NCBI GenBank assembly: GCA_963841885.1
Contig: CAWJEK010000016.1
Span: forward strand, 30,586 to 94,585
Source of the DNA: an uncultured Acidimicrobiaceae bacterium
GTDB taxonomy: Bacteria; Actinomycetota; Acidimicrobiia; Acidimicrobiales; RAAP-2
Reading direction: 5' to 3'
Length of the DNA: 64,000 nt
The position numbers were made by a program, and so were the translations under genes. The notes below the pieces were generated by a model. That model made no database searches. It was not told where the DNA came from and saw nothing but the letters and a program-made list of their open reading frames with translations. Of the stretch, positions 10,844 to 20,754 are shown in pieces (within the stretch, counting starts at the first letter, position 1; each line of letters opens with the position of its first letter).

Positions 10844-12022
10844 ATGAAACGGTCCAATCGTAAACTCGCAGCACTTGGCGCCGCGGTGGCGATCGGTGCG
10901 TCCGGAGCGGTCCTCGCGGCTCCCGCGGTGGTGTCCGGTGCCTCGACGCCTCCGGACACCGTCACCGCCATCCCCGCCCTCACCGGCGTCGGCACCACGT
11001 TGACGCTCGATGCCGGCACGGCGGCCGCCCTCACCAGCCTCGGCGTGAAGGTGGCACCCGAGGGATCGGCCACCGCCAGCGGCTCGTCGGTCACGTTCCC
11101 CATCACCTCGGGCTACGTGGAGATCCACAGCAACAAGCACCACCGCCCGGGCTACATCGAGGGCTCGATCGAGCACTACGGCTCGGGCCTGACCCTCACG
11201 GCCGGCACGACCACGGTGACGTTGTCCGACTTCGTGGTCGATCCCGGTGACTCACTCCTGTACGCCAGCGTGAACGGTGTCCCGGACAAGTCGCCCCTGC
11301 TCCAGCTCGACGGCCGGAAGGTCACCGTCAGCAAGGACGACTCGGGCGATGTGGTTCTGAACGGCACCATCGCCAACCTGACGAGCTCCGCCGCATCGGC
11401 ACTGGACTCGGCGTTCGGCACCCAGGCCATCAAGGGCGGCACCCCGCTCGGCACCGTGCACCTGGTGGCCGAGGGCAAGGCGAACACCTACACCGGCAAG
11501 GTCGCGGAAATCCCGAGGCTCAGCGGCTCCACGTCGCTGGACCTCAACGCCAACACGGCCGCCGCCCTGACCAGCCTGGGTATCACGCCGGGGGTCACCG
11601 GCACCGCGACGGCGAGTGGAAGCACGGTCACCTTCCCCATCACCGGCGGTGACGTCGTCATCCACGCCAACAAGCACTACCTCCCCGGCTACGTCGATGG
11701 CGTCGTGCTCCACCAGGGCAGCGGGCTCACCCTCACCAAGGGCTCCACCGTGGTGACGCTCAGCGACTTCACGATCGATCCGGGCAACTGCGTCCTCTAC
11801 GGCAACGTCGACGGAACTGTGTCCGCGGCAAACGTCCCGCTCCTGCAGCTCGACGGCCGTCCGCTGAAGATCAGCCAGAGCGGCGGCACCGTGCACCTCG
11901 ACGGGACCATCGCCAACCTGACGCCCACGGCGGCGGCGGCCCTCAACAAGGCCTTCGGTGTCTCGGCGTTCGCCGCCGGGATGCCGCTCGGCACGGCGCA
12001 CATCGCCGCTTCCGGCTCCTAG
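10844..12022 (+). CDS. secreted protein of unknown family with an internal tandem duplication (two units of about 180 aa)
   Basis: Signal peptide MKRSNRKLAALGAAVAIGASGAVLAAPA. Two clearly homologous halves (TAAALTSLG...ASGS.VTFPIT.G.V.IH.NKH..PGY..G...H.GSGLTLT.G.T.VTLSDF..DPG...LY..V.G......PLLQLDGR...GTIANLT..AA.AL..AFG). Confidence 0.6.
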   Translation: MKRSNRKLAALGAAVAIGASGAVLAAPAVVSGASTPPDTVTAIPALTGVGTTLTLDAGTAAALTSLGVKVAPEGSATASGSSVTFPITSGYVEIHSNKHHRPGYIEGSIEHYGSGLTLTAGTTTVTLSDFVVDPGDSLLYASVNGVPDKSPLLQLDGRKVTVSKDDSGDVVLNGTIANLTSSAASALDSAFGTQAIKGGTPLGTVHLVAEGKANTYTGKVAEIPRLSGSTSLDLNANTAAALTSLGITPGVTGTATASGSTVTFPITGGDVVIHANKHYLPGYVDGVVLHQGSGLTLTKGSTVVTLSDFTIDPGNCVLYGNVDGTVSAANVPLLQLDGRPLKISQSGGTVHLDGTIANLTPTAAAALNKAFGVSAFAAGMPLGTAHIAASGS

Positions 12023-12033
12023 GAGCACCAGGT

Positions 12034-12106
12034 CCGGCCCTCTGAGCGGGCCGGTAGTACAGGAGCCGCCGACCGGACGTCAGCTATGTCCGGTGGGCGG
12101 CTCCTG
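12034..12106. terminator. two consecutive GC-rich hairpins between convergent genes
   Basis: Hairpin 1 at 12034-12054 has a 7-bp stem (CCGGCCC/GGGCCGG). Hairpin 2 at 12060-12106 has an 11 + 6 bp interrupted stem (CAGGAGCCGCC...GGCGGCTCCTG). There is no clear U-tract. Confidence 0.5.
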
Positions 12107-12218
12107 CGCGTGGCGGTGTCGGGCAGGCGCGTCTGCCTCGACTGCACTCGTCGCCCGACCGTCCTCATCGTCCACGTCGTCCCACACGTCCGGGACCGAT
12201 GATCAGGCCGGTTCCTGC

Positions 12219-12488
12219 TCAACCCAGCTGGTCGAGGGCACCGACCGCCCGCCGGCGCACCGTCCCGTAGTGGTAATCCGTGGCCGCCGCCAGAGCGACG
12301 TCGAGTAGCGGGCGGGCGTGGGAGAGATCTCCCGGGGCGCGACGTTCGACGAGCATCTGGCCCCGTCGGAGCTGGGCCTGGGCGACGAAGAACTTCGCCC
12401 GTACGCGGGTCCCGAGTTCGATCGCCTGCCCGAAGAAGGCGTCGGCCTCGTCGAACCGCTCCATGACCCAGGAGAGGCCGCTGAGGTA
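12219..12488 (-). pseudogene. orphan C-terminal TPR fragment of an ATPase/TPR-type regulator
   Basis: About 90 aa (YYLSGLSWVMERFDEADAFFGQAIELG...FFVAQAQL...RRRAVGALDQLG) align position-by-position with the extreme C-terminus of the SARP-ATPase-TPR protein at 16849-20439. No upstream ATPase or DNA-binding part is present. Confidence 0.4.
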
Positions 12489-12591
12489 GTAACTCACCGG
12501 TGCGAGGGCGGACCCACGTACGAGAGGTCGACACCACCGATCGTCTCCACCTGATATCCGAGGGCGGCCGGTGCACCGCCCCGATGCAGCG

Positions 12592-13878
12592 TCAGCTACC
12601 GCCACCGACGGCGTCGAGGGTGGCGTGGAACAGATCGGCGCTGCGGCTGTCGCCGGTCGCTCCGAGGCTCATCCGGTTCATCACGTAGCCGAGGCCCAGC
12701 TCGAGATCAGGGTCGGCCCAGCCCACGGATCCCCCCATGCCGAAGTGGCCGAAGGATCGGGGTCCCCCGAGTCCGGCCAGGGCGATGACTCCGGCGTTCA
12801 GCATGAAGCCCGTCCCCCACTGGATGTCCATGCCGAGGAGCACCCGGTCGGGTCCGACGGTCTGCTGGACGAGCGCCTTGTCCACCTGGTCGGGGCTCAG
12901 CACCCGGAACGGACGGCCATCCGGTAGAGCCACGTCGCCGACGCAGGCTGCGTAGACGAGGGCGAGGGACCGGGCGTCACAGATTCCGTTCGCCGAGGGG
13001 ATCTCGGCGGCGTGGAGACGCGGATCCTCCCAGACGTCCAGCGAGGAGAACGCCCCACCGGGAGCCTGCAGGGCCTTCACGAGCGCTCCGTCAGGGCCGA
13101 TGTAGGGAGCGAGCTGGCTGAGGAGCTCCTGCATGGCCGGGTCGTCCGGGGCTCCCGCCCCGACACTGGCGAGCATCTCGAACGGGTTTCCGTCGGGGCC
13201 GGGCACGAGGCGGGCGACACGGTGCTCCTCGGCCGCGGGCAGGCCGATGAACCAGTCGGCACCGAGGGGGCCGGCGATCTCCTCGCGGAAGTAGGTGCCG
13301 AGCGTCCGGCCGGTTATGCGGCGCACGACTTCGCCCACCAGGTAGCCGAAGGTGACGGCGTGGTAGCCGTGGTCGGTCCCGGGCTCCCACGCCGGGGACT
13401 GGCGGGCCAGCGCCTCGACCACCGGATCCCATGCGATCGCCTCGTCGAACGACATCGTGCCGTCGATCCACGCGAGTCCGGCGCGGTGGGCCAGGAGATC
13501 TCCGACGGTGACCGCATCCTTGCCGGCCTGGGCGAACTCCGGCCAGTACTGGACGACCGGGGCCTCGACATCGAGCAGTCCCTGTTCGGCCAGACGGTTG
13601 GCACACATGGCGGTGGCGCCCTTGGTGGTGGAGTAGGTGAGGACCATCGTGGCCTCGTCCCACGGGCGCCCCGTGGCCGGGTCGGCGAGGCCACCCCACA
13701 GGTCCACCACCTTCTGTCCACGGTGGTAGGCGGCAAACGCGGCCCCGTCCTCCGTCCCCTTGTCGAAATTCCCCTGGAACACGTCGCGGACGCCCTCGAA
13801 CCCCGGAGCGGTCCAACCGTTGATCTTCGTCATCTCCCGAACATTGTCGACGACGGCATCGGTGGTCGGCAATCCCAT
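12592..13878 (-). CDS. serine hydrolase, beta-lactamase (class C-related) family
   Basis: SxxK motif in YSTTKGATAM and family-typical length. The start is chosen at the internal ATG (MGLPTT...); ATG 13833 is an alternative. The 14121 start gives an implausible basic leader. Confidence 0.75.
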   Translation of the reverse strand: MGLPTTDAVVDNVREMTKINGWTAPGFEGVRDVFQGNFDKGTEDGAAFAAYHRGQKVVDLWGGLADPATGRPWDEATMVLTYSTTKGATAMCANRLAEQGLLDVEAPVVQYWPEFAQAGKDAVTVGDLLAHRAGLAWIDGTMSFDEAIAWDPVVEALARQSPAWEPGTDHGYHAVTFGYLVGEVVRRITGRTLGTYFREEIAGPLGADWFIGLPAAEEHRVARLVPGPDGNPFEMLASVGAGAPDDPAMQELLSQLAPYIGPDGALVKALQAPGGAFSSLDVWEDPRLHAAEIPSANGICDARSLALVYAACVGDVALPDGRPFRVLSPDQVDKALVQQTVGPDRVLLGMDIQWGTGFMLNAGVIALAGLGGPRSFGHFGMGGSVGWADPDLELGLGYVMNRMSLGATGDSRSADLFHATLDAVGGGS

Positions 13879-14043
13879 CCGGACTCCATGCCCACCTGAC
13901 CGGACGCTCGAGCAGCTCCCCGTCCTCCTCGATGAGTCCGCCCACCCGGACCGCGGGCCCCGCCCGATGGGCCCCGCCCTTTGAATCGGGGTGGTTTCAC
14001 GCATACAGTTCGAAGACCAAGCGATCGATGGCGGGCTGGGCTG

Positions 14044-14481
14044 ATGACGACGGCGGAGACTGAGGGCACCCCGGGGCCGGCAACCGCCGAGGTGAGCTAT
14101 CTGCGCAGGCTGGTGGACCAACTACGCCAAGAGCTCGAGTCGGGTGCCGCGCTCCTGGCCGCCGAACGCCGACGCTGGGCCGCCGAACGGGAACTCGATC
14201 GATCGCAGGCCCGCGAGGCGGTCGAGGCCCTCCGGGTGGAACTCGAGACGTCGATCCTCGAGCGGAACGGCGCAGTGCAGGACACGGCCGCACAGTCGGC
14301 GGACGAACTGGCCCAACTCAAGGCGACCGTCGACGAGCTCCGGATCGCCCTCGAGTCCGCGCAGGGTGACGCCGCCAGGGCCCGTGAGGCACTCGAGCGC
14401 GACTTCCGCGATGAGCGTGAGCAGCTGCAGGAGACCATCGCCGAGCTGCGTTACCGACTGGAGGCGACCGGTGGCATCTGA
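14044..14481 (+). CDS. coiled-coil protein, unknown function
   Basis: A 145-aa E/R/A/L-rich heptad-like sequence. The stop is 1 nt before the GTG start of the cyclase gene. Confidence 0.5.
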   Translation: MTTAETEGTPGPATAEVSYLRRLVDQLRQELESGAALLAAERRRWAAERELDRSQAREAVEALRVELETSILERNGAVQDTAAQSADELAQLKATVDELRIALESAQGDAARAREALERDFRDEREQLQETIAELRYRLEATGGI

Positions 14482-14482
14482 C

Positions 14483-16774
14483 GTGTCCGACAGCCCGGAC
14501 CCCGGCGACCAGGCCAAGCGTCTCCAATTCGCCGAGACGCTGCTGCGCGTCTCCCGGACGGTGTCGGCGATGGAGACGCTCGACGAGGCGCTGGCCGCGC
14601 TCGTGGAGATGACGGTCAAGGAGACCGACTCCGACCGCGGAACCCTGTTCCTCAACGATCCGGCGACCGGGGAGCTCTACTCGCGGGTGCTGCAGGGCGA
14701 GCAGACGCTCGAGATCCGCATGCTCAACGACATCGGCATCGCCGGCCGGGTCTTCACGACCCACGAATCCCTCATCATCAACGATGCCTACGCCGACCCC
14801 CGCTTCAACCGCGACATCGACGAGCTGACCGGATACACGACCAAGAGCCTCGTATGCGCGCCGATCCGGACGGCCCGTGGCGTCGTCATCGGGGTCGCCC
14901 AGGTGCTCAACAAGCGGTCGGGCCCCTACGACAGCGAGGATCTCACCCTGATCGAGGCCATGACGAGTCAGGCGTCGGCGGCCCTGGTGAGCGCGGCGCA
15001 CCTCGAGAACGTCGACGCCCGACGCACGGAGGAGATGGGCTTCCTGCGGCTCGTGTCCGACCTGACGGCGGAACTCGATCTCGACTCGCTCCTCCAGAAG
15101 GTGATGGCGGAAGCCACCCGCATGCTGCGGGCCGAGCGGTCGACCCTCTTCCTCCTGGACGAACGCACGAACGAGCTCTTCGCCCGGATCGCCGAGGGGG
15201 ATTCGGTCGGCGAGATCCGCTTTCCCTCCCTGGCCGGCATCGCGGGCTCCGTGTTCACCACGGGGGAGAGCATCAACATCGCCCACGCCTACGCCGACCT
15301 GCGGTTCAATCCCGATCTCGACCGACGGACCGGGTTCTTCACCCGTTCGATCCTCTGCGTGCCCGTGATCAGCAACGAAGGGCGCATCATCGGTGTGACC
15401 CAGGTGCTCAACCGGCGGGGTGGACCTTTCACCGCAGAGGACGAGCAACGGCTCAAGGCGTTCACGGCGCAGGTGTCGATCGCGCTGCAGAACGCCAAGC
15501 TCTTCGACGACGTCCAGAACATGCGCAACTACAGCGAGGCCATGCTGGCCAGCATGTCGAACGGCGTCCTGACCCTCGACAAGTCCGGAGCGGTCGCCAC
15601 GTGCAACGACGCAGGCCGTCGGATCCTCGGCGCCGGAGCGGCGACGATCGTCGGGCGCCACTATTCCGAGGTGTTCGGTGACGCCGGGGAGATCATCGGC
15701 GCCATGGTGGCGCGCGTGGCGGACGACGCCGTCCGCACGCCCGAACTGGCGATGGACGTCGACGTCCAGCGTCTGTCCAATCCGGGTGCTGACGGGGCCG
15801 AAAGGGTCATATCCGCGAACGTGAGCGTGCTCCCGCTCATCGGCGGCGCCGACGAGCACCTGGGGACGATGATCGTCATGGAGGACATCAGCGGCGAAAA
15901 GCGGGTCCGCACCACCATGGCCCGGTACATGGACCCCGGTCTCGCCGACCAGCTCCTACGGGGGGACGAGGACCTCCTCGGCGGAAAGAGTGTCGAGGCC
16001 AGCGTGCTCTTCTCCGACGTACGGAGCTTCACCACGCTGGCCGAGGAGCTCGGACCCCAGGCCACGGTCTCACTGCTGAACGACTACTTCACCATCATGG
16101 TGGAGTGCATCCAGCAGCAGGGGGGCATGCTCGACAAGTTCATCGGCGACGCGATCATGGCCGCCTTCGGGTTGCCGGTCGCCCACGAGGACGACGCCGA
16201 CCGCGCCGTGCAGGCCGCCATCTCCATGATCTCGTCGCTCTTCGAGTGGAACGAACAGCGCGTCCAGGACGGACGTCGCCCGATCGACATGGGCGTGGGC
16301 ATCAACACCGGCACGGTGGTGGCGGGCAACATCGGCAGCCCCAAGCGCATGGACTTCACCATGATCGGCGACGGGGTGAACCTCGCGTCACGGCTCGAGG
16401 GGGCGTGCAAGGAGTACAGCGCCCGCATCCTCATCAGCGAGCACACGTTCGGACTGCTCAAAGGCGTGTACCGCACCCGGGAGGTCGACCACGTCGTGGT
16501 CAAGGGCAAGACCCAACCGGTCGCCGTCTACGAGGTCCTCGACTACCACACACCCCAGACCTTCCCGAATCTGATGGATGCGGTCAATCACTTCCGTGAC
16601 GGGATGGAGAAGTACCGGGCCGGCAACTGGGACGCCGCCATCGACGCATTCCGCGAGACGCTCCGGGCGAACCCCGACGACGCCCTCGCCACCACCTACA
16701 TCGAGCGGTGCGAAGTCCTGTCGGGGAACCCACCCGCCGACTGGGACGGCGTCTGGGTGATGACCTCCAAGTAG
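14483..16774 (+). CDS. GAF-GAF-PAS class III adenylate/guanylate cyclase with a short TPR-like tail
   Basis: Two GAF domains (DRGTLFL...GIAGRVF; ERSTLFLLDE...GIAGSVF), a PAS region, and a cyclase homology domain (VLFSDVRSFTTLAE...KFIGDAIMAAFG...GINTGTVVAGNIGS...TMIGDGVNLASRLE). Confidence 0.85.
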   Translation: MSDSPDPGDQAKRLQFAETLLRVSRTVSAMETLDEALAALVEMTVKETDSDRGTLFLNDPATGELYSRVLQGEQTLEIRMLNDIGIAGRVFTTHESLIINDAYADPRFNRDIDELTGYTTKSLVCAPIRTARGVVIGVAQVLNKRSGPYDSEDLTLIEAMTSQASAALVSAAHLENVDARRTEEMGFLRLVSDLTAELDLDSLLQKVMAEATRMLRAERSTLFLLDERTNELFARIAEGDSVGEIRFPSLAGIAGSVFTTGESINIAHAYADLRFNPDLDRRTGFFTRSILCVPVISNEGRIIGVTQVLNRRGGPFTAEDEQRLKAFTAQVSIALQNAKLFDDVQNMRNYSEAMLASMSNGVLTLDKSGAVATCNDAGRRILGAGAATIVGRHYSEVFGDAGEIIGAMVARVADDAVRTPELAMDVDVQRLSNPGADGAERVISANVSVLPLIGGADEHLGTMIVMEDISGEKRVRTTMARYMDPGLADQLLRGDEDLLGGKSVEASVLFSDVRSFTTLAEELGPQATVSLLNDYFTIMVECIQQQGGMLDKFIGDAIMAAFGLPVAHEDDADRAVQAAISMISSLFEWNEQRVQDGRRPIDMGVGINTGTVVAGNIGSPKRMDFTMIGDGVNLASRLEGACKEYSARILISEHTFGLLKGVYRTREVDHVVVKGKTQPVAVYEVLDYHTPQTFPNLMDAVNHFRDGMEKYRAGNWDAAIDAFRETLRANPDDALATTYIERCEVLSGNPPADWDGVWVMTSK

Positions 16775-16848
16775 CCGGCGCCCGGGAACGTCGCTTCGGT
16801 CGGCGCAACGACGGAGCCGTAGCCACCTCGTCGGGCCGGCCCCACCGG

Positions 16849-19800
16849 TCAGGCGTCGGCCAGCTCCCGGGCCCGCCGGGCCACGGTGGCGTAGCCGAAC
16901 CGGTCGGCCAGCTCGACCGACCGTCCGGCCAGCTTCAGGACGTCGGAGTGGTCCGCTTCGTCTCCCCGACGCCGCAGCACCCGGGCCAGCTCCAGGGAGG
17001 TGCGGGCCTCGAAGAAGGGGGCGCCGAGTCGCTGGTGGGCCTCCAGCGCCCGCCGCAGGAGGCCTTCCGCGCCGTCGTGGTCGCCGAGGACGCCCAACAG
17101 CGCCCCCCGGTAGTGGTCGAGGGAGCCGAAGAGGTTGACCCCGCTGCAGACCACCTGGTCGGCGAAGGAGGCGAGGCGCTCGACCAGGACCCGGGCCGCC
17201 GCGGTGTCGCCCGCCTGGATGGCGGCCTCCGACCACAGGGCGATGGTGGTGGTGGCCAGCGGGTCGAACGGGTGGGGGAAGCCCTGCTCCGTCGCGGTGG
17301 CGAGCAGTGCCCGGGCGTCCTCGACCCGGCCGACGTCGACGTAGATCCGGGCCAGGGCGGCCGGAAAGCTGTCGATCTCCGGGGTGGCCGCCACCATCCC
17401 CTCGATCAGCTCCACCAGCTCCGCGTCGCGGCCCTGGTGCCAGCGCAGGTCGACCAGCTGGCCCCCGTAGATGGACATGGCGTCGGGCTGACCGGTGGCG
17501 CCCCCGAGCTCGAGCGCCTCGTGGGTGAGGCGCTCCGACTCCTCCAGGTCACCGGCCATCGCCGCCAGCCAGCTCTGCGCATAGGTCGTCGACCACTGCA
17601 GCATGGGCTGCCCGGTCGCCCGGGCCTCGGCCGGGAAGCGCCGGGCGCACTCGTCCAGGAGGTCGCGGTCGGCCGCCTCGGCGGCCACGATCGACCGGTA
17701 GAACAGCGCCCAGAACCGGGCCACCGGGTCGTCGAGGGCCTCGGCGATGGCCAGTGCCTCGGCCGACTCCTCGAGCCGGATGCCGACGTGCTCCGGCATC
17801 CAGATCCCGATCCGGCGGATCAGGACGTCGAAGAGGGTGGCCGGGTCACCGGTGCGGCGGGCGATGGCCAGTGCCTCGTCGACCAGACCCCGTCGGCGGT
17901 CGGGGTCGCCGTCGTAGGAGCGGTCGGACGCCAGATGGGCCAGCAGTCGGGCCCGCACGGGAGTGTCGGCCGGGCCGACCCGGTCGAGTGACGCCTCCAG
18001 CACGTCCACCCGCTCCTGGTCGATCGATCCCGTCGTGCTCTGGATCTGTCGAGAGTTGGCCAGCGCGGCGTCCACCAGGGTGTCGGTGTCACCGGCCACC
18101 AGTGCCAGCCTCGCCGCCTCGAGCAGGGTCTGGCGGTAGGCGAGGTCGCCGGTCTGGCGCTGGGCCTCACCCATGCCGGCCAGGAGCCGGGCCCGCACGT
18201 CGTCGTCGTCGCCGCCGAGGGCGTCGAGCGCCACGCCGAACCAGCGGACCGCCTGGTCGGGCTGCAGCGCGGCGAGCGCCTCGTCGGCGGCCCGTCGGGC
18301 GAAACGCACCACGGTCCCGGCATCCTCCGGCCGGGCGCTGGCCACCAGGTGGCGGGCGAGCTCGGCACCGGCTACCGCGCTCCGACCACCGGACCCCCGT
18401 TCGTCCCACTGGGACAGCACGTCGAACACCTTGCGGTGGAGCAGGGCCCGCCGTGACGCCCCGATCCCCTCGTACAACGTCCGCTGGATGAGGGCGTGCG
18501 AGAAGCTGTACCACCCCGGCATGTCGGCCGGCTCCCGCACCAATGACACCCGGGCCGCCTCCTCCAGCACGTCCAACAGGTCGTCGGGCGTGGTGTCGGC
18601 CACGGCCAGCAGAAGGTCGAGGTCGAAGTCCCGACCGAGGACGGCAGCCAGCGAGAGGTTGGCGGCCGAGGCCCGGCCGAGGCGGACGACGCGGGCGTCG
18701 ATGACCTCCCGCACCCCGTCGGGAGCGCCGGCTCCGGACAGGTCGTCGGGCACCACCCACCGCCCGTCCTCCTCGCGACGGACGACACCGACCTCGAACA
18801 GGTGACGCAGCAGCTCGCCCACGAAGAAGGGGTTGCCGTCGGTCTCCCCGTGGACGGCGTCGGCCAGGGCCACACCCCGGTCGTCCATCGACTGTCCGGC
18901 GATGGCCTCCATGACCGACACCACCTCGTCGGGCCCGAAGCCGGGTAGGTCGATGCGTTCGACTCCCTCCATCCGGCGGAACGCCCCCAGGGTCTCGACC
19001 AGGGAGTCCGAGCCGGTCGACTCGGCGTCGCGGTAGGTGGCCATGACGGTCAGCCGCATCGGAAGGTCCGAGGCGGCCAGGTGCCGCAGCAGCTGCAGAC
19101 TGCCCTGGTCGGCCCACTGCAGGTCGTCGAGGACGAGGACCAGCGGTCGGTCCAGGCACATCCGGCCGACCAGGTCGACGACCGCCGCGAACAGCCGGTA
19201 GCGCTCGGTGTCGGGCTCGACCGCCGCCGGTGGGCGGAGACCGCCCAGCCGACGCCCGACCTCGGGGAGCACCGTGCTCAGCTCGGCCGCCTGGTCACCC
19301 ACCAGGTCCGCCATCTCGACGTCGGACAGGTGCCGTAGGTAGTGACCGATCGCCTCGACCACGAGTTGGTACGGGCTGGTGACGTCCTCCTCGCAGTGGC
19401 CCGAGAGCACGCAGGCACCGTCGGCGAAGGCGAGCCGGGCCGCCTCGGCCACCACCGTGCTCTTGCCCTGGCCGGCCTCGCCCGAGACGAGCAGGATGCT
19501 GCGACCCTCTCCGGCTCCCGCCCGGGCCGCGGCCCGCACCAGCAGACCGACCGGCTCGTCCCGGCCGATGACGCCGGTGTCGGGCCGGATGAGCAGCCGC
19601 TCGGGCAACGGCACCCGGCGGGTGGTCCCGTGGTCGAGGTGCACCACCGGCGCCCCGGACCGACGGAGTCCGGGAGCCACCCCGGGCGACGTCAGGTCGG
19701 CCGACTGCTCCAGCACCTGCCGCTCGAGGAGCCGGAGCTCGTCGCCCGGCTCGATGCCCAGCTCCTCGATCAGGATCCCCCGGATCCGCGAGTAGGCGGC

Positions 19801-20439
19801 GAGGGCGTCGGACTGCCGGCCGGACCGGTAGCAGGCCATCATCAGCTGGGCCCAGAACCGCTCCCGCAGCGGATGGACGGCCACCAGGGCCTCCAGCTCG
19901 GCGACCAGCTGGGCGTGCCGGCCGAGCATCAGGTCGGCGTCGATGCGCAGTTCGAGCGCCTCCAGGCGGCGCTCCTCCAGGCGTCGGGACTCCGCCTCGG
20001 CGAAGTGCTCGTAGGCGAAGTCGGCGAGCGCGTCCCCCCGCCACATGCCGAGGGCGGCCCGGAGTTCACCCTCGGCGGTGCCCGGGTCGTCCCGCTCGAG
20101 GGCGGCCAGGCCGTCACCGACCAGGCGCTCGAAGCGGGCGACGTCCACGCACCAGCGGTCGACGTCGAGGACGTAGCCCGGATCGCGACGGACCAGCAGG
20201 TCACGCCCGGTCTCGTCGGCCAGGACCGACCGCAGACGGGACACGTAGGAATGGAGGGTCCGGACGGCCGACGGGGGCGGGTCCCCCGCCCAGATCTCCT
20301 CGACGATCCGGTCCGTCGAGACCACCTCGCCGGCGTGCATCACCAGCAGGGCCAGGACGGCCCGTTGGCGTCGACCCCCGAGGGCCACGGGCGCGCCGTC
20401 CCGCCACACGTCGAACGGCCCGAGCAACCGGAATTCCAT
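16849..20439 (-). CDS. SARP-family (winged-helix + BTAD) transcriptional regulator fused to a STAND-type ATPase and TPR repeats
   Basis: Start at MEFRLLGPFDVWRDG... (OmpR-type wHTH plus BTAD). Walker A is GEAGQGKST and Walker B is LVLVLDDLQWAD. A long TPR C-terminus follows. The ORF-track extension to 21417 is antisense to another gene. Confidence 0.85.
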   Translation of the reverse strand: MEFRLLGPFDVWRDGAPVALGGRRQRAVLALLVMHAGEVVSTDRIVEEIWAGDPPPSAVRTLHSYVSRLRSVLADETGRDLLVRRDPGYVLDVDRWCVDVARFERLVGDGLAALERDDPGTAEGELRAALGMWRGDALADFAYEHFAEAESRRLEERRLEALELRIDADLMLGRHAQLVAELEALVAVHPLRERFWAQLMMACYRSGRQSDALAAYSRIRGILIEELGIEPGDELRLLERQVLEQSADLTSPGVAPGLRRSGAPVVHLDHGTTRRVPLPERLLIRPDTGVIGRDEPVGLLVRAAARAGAGEGRSILLVSGEAGQGKSTVVAEAARLAFADGACVLSGHCEEDVTSPYQLVVEAIGHYLRHLSDVEMADLVGDQAAELSTVLPEVGRRLGGLRPPAAVEPDTERYRLFAAVVDLVGRMCLDRPLVLVLDDLQWADQGSLQLLRHLAASDLPMRLTVMATYRDAESTGSDSLVETLGAFRRMEGVERIDLPGFGPDEVVSVMEAIAGQSMDDRGVALADAVHGETDGNPFFVGELLRHLFEVGVVRREEDGRWVVPDDLSGAGAPDGVREVIDARVVRLGRASAANLSLAAVLGRDFDLDLLLAVADTTPDDLLDVLEEAARVSLVREPADMPGWYSFSHALIQRTLYEGIGASRRALLHRKVFDVLSQWDERGSGGRSAVAGAELARHLVASARPEDAGTVVRFARRAADEALAALQPDQAVRWFGVALDALGGDDDDVRARLLAGMGEAQRQTGDLAYRQTLLEAARLALVAGDTDTLVDAALANSRQIQSTTGSIDQERVDVLEASLDRVGPADTPVRARLLAHLASDRSYDGDPDRRRGLVDEALAIARRTGDPATLFDVLIRRIGIWMPEHVGIRLEESAEALAIAEALDDPVARFWALFYRSIVAAEAADRDLLDECARRFPAEARATGQPMLQWSTTYAQSWLAAMAGDLEESERLTHEALELGGATGQPDAMSIYGGQLVDLRWHQGRDAELVELIEGMVAATPEIDSFPAALARIYVDVGRVEDARALLATATEQGFPHPFDPLATTTIALWSEAAIQAGDTAAARVLVERLASFADQVVCSGVNLFGSLDHYRGALLGVLGDHDGAEGLLRRALEAHQRLGAPFFEARTSLELARVLRRRGDEADHSDVLKLAGRSVELADRFGYATVARRARELADA

Positions 20440-20675
20440 CTCGACCTCTCCACTCCAGTCCGGCAATCGTCCGCACCGCGCCGCCACCCTGCGCACCGCC
20501 CAACCGGGCCCCGGAGTCTCCTCCCCTGGTCCGAGGCTCGTTGCAACCGGCTTACAACAGGGCCGCAATGTAATTACCGGGAGAAAACGCAATTCCCGGA
20601 GGAAGAGACACATCGTATCGACACAGGCAGCCGAGCCACCATCGAACGGGGCCCGGCGGACGGGGGCCACAGGAC

Positions 20676-20729
20676 ACATGGCACATCCGAGGGACATGCC
20701 ACATCCGAGGGACATGGCGCATCCGAGGG
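20676..20729. repeat. perfect-period tandem repeat, 3 x 18 bp (ACATGGCACATCCGAGGG)
   Basis: The three units are ACATGGCACATCCGAGGG, ACATGCCACATCCGAGGG and ACATGGCGCATCCGAGGG. The repeat lies in the divergent region between the SARP gene and the HTH gene. Confidence 0.9.
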
Positions 20730-20754
20730 CCGGCGTCGATGCAGGGGTGGGCAC

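Noticed and set aside
7795-12022. Two giant plus-strand ORFs (7795..10440, 881 aa; 9479..12022, 847 aa)
   Set aside because: They are chimeras. Only short segments of each frame carry protein-like sequence (parts of punA, the beta-propeller lipoprotein and the secreted repeat protein). The remaining segments are Arg/Pro-rich read-through.
20676-20729. CRISPR array (also considered for 54760..54786, 56257..56295 and 38476..38517)
   Set aside because: The units are 7-21 bp and directly abut without spacers. There are at most five copies, and no cas genes are in the window.
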